A program made the position numbers and the translations under genes. A DNA stretch of 64,000 bases from a virus (taxonomy: Duplodnaviria; Caudoviricetes), in IMG/VR virus record IMGVR_UViG_3300028567_000401, positions 18,995 to 82,994 of that record; one strand, 5' to 3'. Of this stretch, positions 58,338 to 64,000 are shown one piece after another (the stretch's first letter is position 1; each line of letters begins with the position of its first letter). A model generated the notes under the pieces. That model did no database searches. It was not told the DNA's origin and saw only the letters and a list, made by a program, of their open reading frames with translations.

Positions 58338-59729
58338 ATGTCATATTATCGTTCATACTTCAAAAAAAATAACACGATTATCAAATACGTGAATACCAAT
58401 ACCGCAAAAAATCCAAATACTGATATATTTTATGGTCCGGGGTTTTCTAAATTTATATTCCAACTTGATTTAGATAATTTAAGAAAAAAAGTAGCAAGTG
58501 GAGATACTGTTAATGCTGATTTAGTAATTGATAATAATACAAAACATATTTTACACTTAACAAATACTATATTTGGTGATGAAGCACTTTTAGGAAAAGA
58601 TAGAGGAGCGGGAAAAAGAAGAGCAGTATCATTTGATTTACTTTTATTTGTAATTCCCGAAGAATGGGATGAGGGTGTCGGATTTGATTATGAATATGTC
58701 TATGATTATACAACAGGTAATCTTACGTGGGATCTTAGACCAAGTAACTGGTACTATAGAACAACAGAACATTTATGGACTGAAGAAGGTATTTATACAG
58801 GAACACCAGTAACTTTATCAACAATACATTTTGATAATGGAAATGAAGATATTGCTGTAGATATTACTGAATATATTAATCAAGTTTTAAGTGGAACAAC
58901 AGAGCATTATGGACTTGGATTAGCATTTCCGCCCGCGTATGAAACTAATTTTACAACACTTGAAACATATCAATCAGTATCGTTCTTTACAAAATATACA
59001 CAAACTTTTTGGGAGCCCTATTTGGAATCAATTTTTGATGATAGAATTGATGATAATAGAGATGAATTTTATGTTGATATAGGAAATCGTAATTTATATT
59101 TATATGTTAATTATATGGGAAATCCATATAATTTAGATGAATTACCTATCGTGAATATAAAAGACTTTAAAGATCAATACATACAATTCAATCTTAGTGT
59201 TACTCACGTAAAAACTGGTGTATATAAAGTATCATTTGCATTGATTGGATCTGTTTGCGATGATAAACAATTTTTTTATGATGAATGGTGTAATCTTAAA
59301 ATAAAAGGAATCGAGTTAAATTGTGTCACTCAAAAATTTTTACCTAAACCATATAAGGATTTTTACAGTATTGGACAAAATTTAACGGCAATTGATAAAT
59401 ATGCAATACAATTTCATGGCGTATCATCAAATGAAAAAATTAAAAGAGGATCCACACGAAAAATTGTAGCAACATTTAGATCAATAGATAATCCGTTAAA
59501 AACGATTTTATTAGATGAGGTATATTACAGAGTTTATGTTAAAGAAGGAAGGACACAAGTAAATGTATGGGAATGGACTCAAATGGATAAAACAAATGAA
59601 AACTCATTTATGTTAGATACATCATATATGATTCCACGTGAATATTGGATTGAAATTAGAGCTATAATAAATGGTGAAGATACTTATTATAAAAATGAAA
59701 TAAAATTTGAAATAGTTTCAGAAAAATAA
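58338..59729 (+). CDS. Virion structural protein (beta-rich, DNRLRE-like N-terminal half)
   Basis: EEWDEGVG..., FDNGNEDIAVDITEYI..., PYLE; TATTTATT at 58320-58327. Confidence 0.55.
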   Translation: MSYYRSYFKKNNTIIKYVNTNTAKNPNTDIFYGPGFSKFIFQLDLDNLRKKVASGDTVNADLVIDNNTKHILHLTNTIFGDEALLGKDRGAGKRRAVSFDLLLFVIPEEWDEGVGFDYEYVYDYTTGNLTWDLRPSNWYYRTTEHLWTEEGIYTGTPVTLSTIHFDNGNEDIAVDITEYINQVLSGTTEHYGLGLAFPPAYETNFTTLETYQSVSFFTKYTQTFWEPYLESIFDDRIDDNRDEFYVDIGNRNLYLYVNYMGNPYNLDELPIVNIKDFKDQYIQFNLSVTHVKTGVYKVSFALIGSVCDDKQFFYDEWCNLKIKGIELNCVTQKFLPKPYKDFYSIGQNLTAIDKYAIQFHGVSSNEKIKRGSTRKIVATFRSIDNPLKTILLDEVYYRVYVKEGRTQVNVWEWTQMDKTNENSFMLDTSYMIPREYWIEIRAIINGEDTYYKNEIKFEIVSEK

Positions 59730-59765
59730 TCTTTACATAATAAATAAATTTAATCATTTTTATAT

Positions 59766-60077
59766 ATGAAATCAATTTATTTAATACGTGGAAATGATGG
59801 AAAATATAAAATTGGTATCGCTAAAAATCCGCAAAAAAGATTATCACAACTTCAAACAGGTAATTCAGATGAATTAAAAATAATCGATACTTATCATACA
59901 CGCCACGCTAGAAAAATCGAATCAATTTTACATAATTATTATAGTTATGGGAAACAAAGAGGTGAATGGTTTATTTTATCAATAGAAGAAGAAAATCGAT
60001 TTAAACATATGTGTGAAAATATTGAAAAAAGTTTGAATTTATTATGTGACATGGGAAATGAATTTATAAAAATCTAA
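59766..60077 (+). CDS. GIY-YIG nuclease, T5orf172/MUG113-like
   Basis: IYLIR...YKIGIAKNPQKRLSQLQTGN...IESILH...RGEWF. Confidence 0.85.
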   Translation: MKSIYLIRGNDGKYKIGIAKNPQKRLSQLQTGNSDELKIIDTYHTRHARKIESILHNYYSYGKQRGEWFILSIEEENRFKHMCENIEKSLNLLCDMGNEFIKI

Positions 60078-60101
60078 TCCAAATGAAAAAAAATATTATT
60101 A

Positions 60102-60134
60102 CATGATTATTGAGGTTAATACCTAATAATCATG
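60102..60134 (+). promoter_or_regulatory. 14-bp stem-loop sequestering an AUG
   Basis: CATGATTATT-G-AGGT-TAAT-ACCT-AATAATCATG. Confidence 0.55.
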
Positions 60135-60360
60135 AAAATAAAAAAAATTCTTAAAGAAACCACAAATCGTCGCACTTACCACATTTTACAATCAGTAGAT
60201 CAGGACACATATCCTGAAGATTACGGACATATTGTAAAACGTAAAATGGGATTTAAATGGATTCAGACGATATCGGAAATCACGAAAACTTTGGTAACAT
60301 CAAGTTAGAATGTATCGAACATGGAAACATCATCGTAAAACTCAATGGAAATTAAAATAA
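60132..60360 (+). pseudogene. Probable broken small basic protein gene (frameshift plus in-frame stop)
   Basis: Frame A reads MKIKKILKETTNRRTYH...; the +1 frame reads KWDLNGFRRYRKSRKLW*HQVRMYRTWKHHRKTQWKLK*. Confidence 0.35.
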
Positions 60361-61137
60361 GAAAGTGAATAATAGATAAGTTTGTATTTTTTTCATTAAA
60401 TTTTTTATTCTTTTATGTTGTACACTTTCGTTTAAATTTTTATTTGGACGATTTTTACGAATCTCTATTTCTTTTTTATTGGCATATTCATGAGCTTTAT
60501 CATAATTCCATTTTTTATATTTTATTAAATTTCTTTCTGTCCATTTATGACCCAATATTCTATTAAAATCCTGACGTTTAGGAAGAAATACATCATCAAT
60601 CCATATCTCATCTTCTGGAATAAATTTCTTATAACCAGGATAACTATCAATATAATGATGACCACCTTCAATGAAATCTATAAAACCAAGACCTGGATTA
60701 TTTCCTTTAACATATGACCCATTTACAGAACAAACTTTAACCCCATTTCTTTTAGAATCTTTTGCGATTCCTATTATCCTTTTATTTAAATTAGAATGTA
60801 TTTTTTGTTCGGTTAATTCTTTATAATTTTTCTCAATATCGCGATTACTAAGAAAACCATTTTTACTTTTAGCTATTTCATATACCTTATATGCTTTTTC
60901 TTTATCTCTATAAATTATAGATAAAATATTATCATTTGATATTAATCTTATTGGAATAACACCGATTTTACGTTTTTCTAATATACGACCTAGATTTTTA
61001 TTTAAATTAACAATTACTACATCTCGTTTACCTTTAATAATCAATTTAATTAACTTAATATCATTAAGTAATTTATTCTTCTGAATTTCTTCATTATATT
61101 TTTCATTATATCTTTCTAGAAGCGATAAACGGCTCAT
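60352..61137 (-). CDS. Hypothetical late protein; C-terminal half resembles a zincin-like family
   Basis: FIEGGHHY...IPEDEIWID...HKWTER...YDKAHEYA; TATTTATG upstream (61155-61162). Confidence 0.65.
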   Translation of the reverse strand: MSRLSLLERYNEKYNEEIQKNKLLNDIKLIKLIIKGKRDVVIVNLNKNLGRILEKRKIGVIPIRLISNDNILSIIYRDKEKAYKVYEIAKSKNGFLSNRDIEKNYKELTEQKIHSNLNKRIIGIAKDSKRNGVKVCSVNGSYVKGNNPGLGFIDFIEGGHHYIDSYPGYKKFIPEDEIWIDDVFLPKRQDFNRILGHKWTERNLIKYKKWNYDKAHEYANKKEIEIRKNRPNKNLNESVQHKRIKNLMKKIQTYLLFTFLF

Positions 61138-61166
61138 TTTATTTATGTTATATTCATAAATAGTAT

Positions 61167-61610
61167 TTAATCATAAAAAATAATTATAACATCACATTCT
61201 TTTAGCATTTGTAGCGCTTTATCTTGTGATTCAATCCATTTTTCTTTATTTTTTGTTGTACATACAGATTTACAATAAACTTTTTTTATTCCTGAATTGA
61301 TAATTGCTCTAGCACAATCAGCACAAGGTAAACCTGATGTTAAATAAATGGTTGATCCATCAAGAGGTATTCCAACTCTAGCCGCATTATAAATTGCATT
61401 TCGCTCCGCATGCTCAAACCAGAAGTACTTTTCGGGTCTTTCCTGACGTTCTGATTTATTATCATCCAAACCCCTAGGAAAAGAATTATAACCTGTAGAA
61501 CGTATTTCATTATCCTTACCAACGATAACAGCACCTATCTGTGTTGACTGGTCTTTAGATTTGAGTTTAACTTGTTCTGCAATACTTAAAAAATATTTAG
61601 TCCAATCCAT
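61167..61610 (-). CDS. dCMP deaminase
   Basis: STGYN, HAERNAI, PCADCARAII. Confidence 0.93.
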   Translation of the reverse strand: MDWTKYFLSIAEQVKLKSKDQSTQIGAVIVGKDNEIRSTGYNSFPRGLDDNKSERQERPEKYFWFEHAERNAIYNAARVGIPLDGSTIYLTSGLPCADCARAIINSGIKKVYCKSVCTTKNKEKWIESQDKALQMLKECDVIIIFYD

Positions 61611-62080
61611 TATTTTATAAGTTTTTTAATTATTTCTTCTTTCTTTCCAGTTTGTTTTATGCCTTCCATAAATTTTGGTGTATGAACAAAATGATCTGTA
61701 GATATCCAAGTTTGTAAATTAAAATCATCTACAGCAACCCAACATCCGGGTCTATATGTTTCCATATGATTAAGTATTTCTTTAGCCCTTTCTTCTTCGA
61801 CAAGTTGGTGTTGTGCAAAGGGTAATGTTTTTGTAATATCAATGGGTACTTTTATTACACCTTGCCATTCAAAAATATTTTGTAAATCTTTTAATGAATA
61901 ATGTAATTTCCAATCACTAGAAATAATAATATCAGCATTTGTATTCTCAAGAATTTCATTAAGAACATTCACTGCTTTCGCATTAAATCTATATACATAT
62001 CCCCATTCAGTTAATCTTGGATGTATTTCACTTCCTAGACTTAAAACGCCATCAATGTCCAAATAAATAAATTTTTTCAT
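61610..62080 (-). CDS. HAD-superfamily protein (SAK_2-like phosphatase)
   Basis: YLDIDGVL, IIISSDWK, WVAVDD. Confidence 0.8.
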   Translation of the reverse strand: MKKFIYLDIDGVLSLGSEIHPRLTEWGYVYRFNAKAVNVLNEILENTNADIIISSDWKLHYSLKDLQNIFEWQGVIKVPIDITKTLPFAQHQLVEEERAKEILNHMETYRPGCWVAVDDFNLQTWISTDHFVHTPKFMEGIKQTGKKEEIIKKLIK

Positions 62081-62124
62081 TCGAATGGTTTTATGGTTGA
62101 TTTAGAATAATCAATTTCTTTCAT
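62077..62124 (-). CDS. 15-aa leader peptide coupled (ATGA overlap) to the HAD gene
   Basis: MKEIDYSKSTIKPFE*, starting just after the TATATTTG box at 62130-62137. Confidence 0.4.
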   Translation of the reverse strand: MKEIDYSKSTIKPFE

Positions 62125-62171
62125 TTATGCAAATATATGAAAAAAACAAAAAAAACAAATATGGGAAATAT

Positions 62172-62333
62172 TTATTTCGAATTGTTTTTTTTATCATTAG
62201 AAGTATTTCTAATAACAAATATAACGAGTTTAATAAACTCCCATGATATTATTCCAAACATAAATGCAACAAATACATATAACGGTATAAACCAAGGTTC
62301 CGATAATATACTATTTATAGTTCTTATTAACAT
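62172..62333 (-). CDS. Small single-TM membrane protein (53 aa)
   Basis: Manual translation MLIRTINSILSEPWFIPLYVFVAFMFGIISWEFIKLVIFVIRNTSNDKKNNSK; same strand as its neighbours. Confidence 0.55.
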   Translation of the reverse strand: MLIRTINSILSEPWFIPLYVFVAFMFGIISWEFIKLVIFVIRNTSNDKKNNSK

Positions 62334-62436
62334 GGTTCTTTTTTTTTAATAAATATACTAAGAAAACTATTATTTGTAAATGATGTATAAAAAAGGCATG
62401 TTTCATGAATTATCATTATAAACAATTTTATAAAAT

Positions 62437-62468
62437 AAAAAAAGGAGTGAAATTATCCACCCCTTTTT
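62437..62468 (-). terminator. Rho-independent terminator after the major capsid gene
   Basis: Minus strand GGGGTGGA-TAAT-TTCACTCC followed by T7. Confidence 0.8.
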
Positions 62469-62490
62469 TATTAACTGATAGAATATTAGA

Positions 62491-63999
62491 CTATCTTAAT
62501 GTATCAAGATCGAATACTTGTATACCTTTCACATCAATAACACCGAAATATCTGTTATTCACCATCTTCTTCGCGTATCTGGTCATGATACCCTTTACCG
62601 GAGTAAAGTTAAATGGATTATACATAGTTGGTGTTAACTGTAGAGGTACATATGGCGCGTATACATATCCTGCATCAAGCAACGATTTCCCTTTATGACC
62701 AATTAACAGCTTGTTGGGTGGGAAATATGGGTCACGATATACCTGATAACGGCCACCAAGTGTACCAATTCTTTCAATACCCATGTTATATTGATCCTGT
62801 TCAGGTGCTGCGTTGCTTACATGGAAGTACTCAAGGTCATCGAATATTGCTGAAATCTCAGAAGAAACAACAATCCAGTTAGCACCGCCTCTTAGAGTAG
62901 TTTTATGAATTTGAGCAGAAAGCTGGTTAATTTTTGTGATTAATGTCTGGTTCCAGTCTTTTTGTGTATAACCAAGAAATGCCGAGCCAGCATTTCCATA
63001 TTTCCATTCATTATAATCCCAACGGGCTTTCCATGCTGCACCTTTTCTCAAGTCACGAAGAATTTCACGGTCAACTTCAGCAGCAATTTGTTCTGAAAGA
63101 AGAGCAGTTAACTCAGCTTCAGCGTCAATATTGTGAAATGCGCTAACGTCTTGTGCAAGTTCAGGTGACCATGCGGCTCTAAGTTTTCTTTCTGTAACCG
63201 AAACAGTAACAGATGAAAGATCAAATGATACTTCACCAAGTTCTTCTTCAAATTCGAGAGTATCATATGTTCTGTATCTAAGCGTAAAGTCGCTAGCGGT
63301 TAATCCTGAACTAGCTACTGTATATCCAGTAAATCCACCTGTTGGAGAATAAGTATCAACGTCAATAGCAATATAAATTGTGCCGGTTTCATCACAAATA
63401 TCTTGATAATTTCCAAGAGGATGGCTAGAGCTACTTGATTTTTTACCATATTCAACAATACCTTTACCATATTTTTGTGTTACAATATGGAAATTTCTTG
63501 AAACATTTTGAAAAGTAACCACAGCGGATGCTAAGAAATCCTCAGTATCCATAATATTACCATATGCACCGATAAGTTTACCTTGTCCGTCTTTTGTAAA
63601 ACCTGTAAAGGCAACAACAACTTCACTAACAGTTTTACCTGATAAACCATCGGAGGTAGCAATACCATTTTTAAATGTTACTATATTTGTTCCAGTTACT
63701 CCTGATTCGACATATTTACCTTTTGAGTAATCGAAAAGTCCAGTATCAGGAGAGTTGCCAGTACCTCCATCGTTTTCATAGAAACGGTCATAAAGATTAA
63801 TAAATGTGTCAGAATATCCATCACCAGCAGCATTAGCTGTATTTGGCCAACCATAAGGAGCGTAATGTGCTCCGCTATTTCTTTCCTGAATTTTAGGAAC
63901 GAAGAAGAATAATTTACCGATAGGTAAATTCATTGCCTGTACACTAACAATATCATTAGCTAACAGTTTAGAGAATACACGGCGGATGATCGGGAATAC
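62491..63999 (-). CDS. Major capsid protein (T4 gp23-like), 5' end outside the window
   Basis: VFPIIRRVFSKLLANDIVSVQAMNLPIG, RKLRAAWSPELAQDV..FH.IDAEAEL, AGYVYAPYVPL, GIMTRY; frame stays open to the window edge. Confidence 0.96.
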   Translation of the reverse strand, partial: VFPIIRRVFSKLLANDIVSVQAMNLPIGKLFFFVPKIQERNSGAHYAPYGWPNTANAAGDGYSDTFINLYDRFYENDGGTGNSPDTGLFDYSKGKYVESGVTGTNIVTFKNGIATSDGLSGKTVSEVVVAFTGFTKDGQGKLIGAYGNIMDTEDFLASAVVTFQNVSRNFHIVTQKYGKGIVEYGKKSSSSSHPLGNYQDICDETGTIYIAIDVDTYSPTGGFTGYTVASSGLTASDFTLRYRTYDTLEFEEELGEVSFDLSSVTVSVTERKLRAAWSPELAQDVSAFHNIDAEAELTALLSEQIAAEVDREILRDLRKGAAWKARWDYNEWKYGNAGSAFLGYTQKDWNQTLITKINQLSAQIHKTTLRGGANWIVVSSEISAIFDDLEYFHVSNAAPEQDQYNMGIERIGTLGGRYQVYRDPYFPPNKLLIGHKGKSLLDAGYVYAPYVPLQLTPTMYNPFNFTPVKGIMTRYAKKMVNNRYFGVIDVKGIQVFDLDTLR

Positions 64000-64000
64000 A

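Noticed and set aside
62137-62349. 70-aa + strand ORF
   Set aside because: Shadow of the more plausible minus-strand 53-aa membrane ORF (62172-62333) and overlaps a promoter
62405-63146. Short alternative-frame and antisense ORFs overlapping the capsid gene (and similar ones in pol, sheath and dnaB)
   Set aside because: They overlap strongly conserved genes and lack motifs or expression signals
1-64000. tRNA, rRNA or group I/II intron features
   Set aside because: No cloverleaf or rRNA-like segments recognised by eye, and the nrdJ, pol and capsid frames are uninterrupted; tRNAscan-SE and Infernal were not run

Overview
This is 64 kb of an AT-rich jumbo myovirus with T4-like modules, read in the standard genetic code. 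The host is probably Bacteroidota: Bacteroidota-type -33/-7 promoters are present and I saw no obvious Shine-Dalgarno sites. The structural genes include a gp23-like major capsid protein (5' end beyond the window), neck proteins, sheath, tube, tail chaperone, tape measure and baseplate (gp6-, gp25- and gp53/LysM-like proteins, two giant hub proteins, a gp5-like spike). Replication and nucleotide genes include family B DNA polymerase, a DnaB/gp41 helicase with an intein, RecA/UvsX, gp32-like SSB, a 5'-3' exonuclease, an SNF2 helicase, class II NrdJ, dUTPase, dCMP deaminase and PhoH. There are also three glycosyltransferases and a gp55-like sigma factor. Highlights: (1) a candidate +1 ribosomal frameshift at UUU_CGU_C in the tail chaperone, the motif used by influenza PA-X and amalgaviruses; (2) an internally deleted IS607 that has lost tnpB but keeps an omegaRNA-like scaffold, abutting two non-coding tandem arrays (candidate origin); (3) a class 3 intein starting with Glu; (4) a TATTTAT(A/T) motif upstream of most virion genes, a candidate late promoter; (5) an RMF-like orphan under a host-type promoter with an operator-like palindrome; (6) a late operon with a 7x49-aa repeat protein and a WYL protein carrying possible capsid-targeting motifs; (7) a circularly permuted Fib_succ_major domain; (8) HD- and HAD-like proteins lacking catalytic residues among the glycosyltransferases. 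All family calls are from motif recognition by eye; no database search was run.
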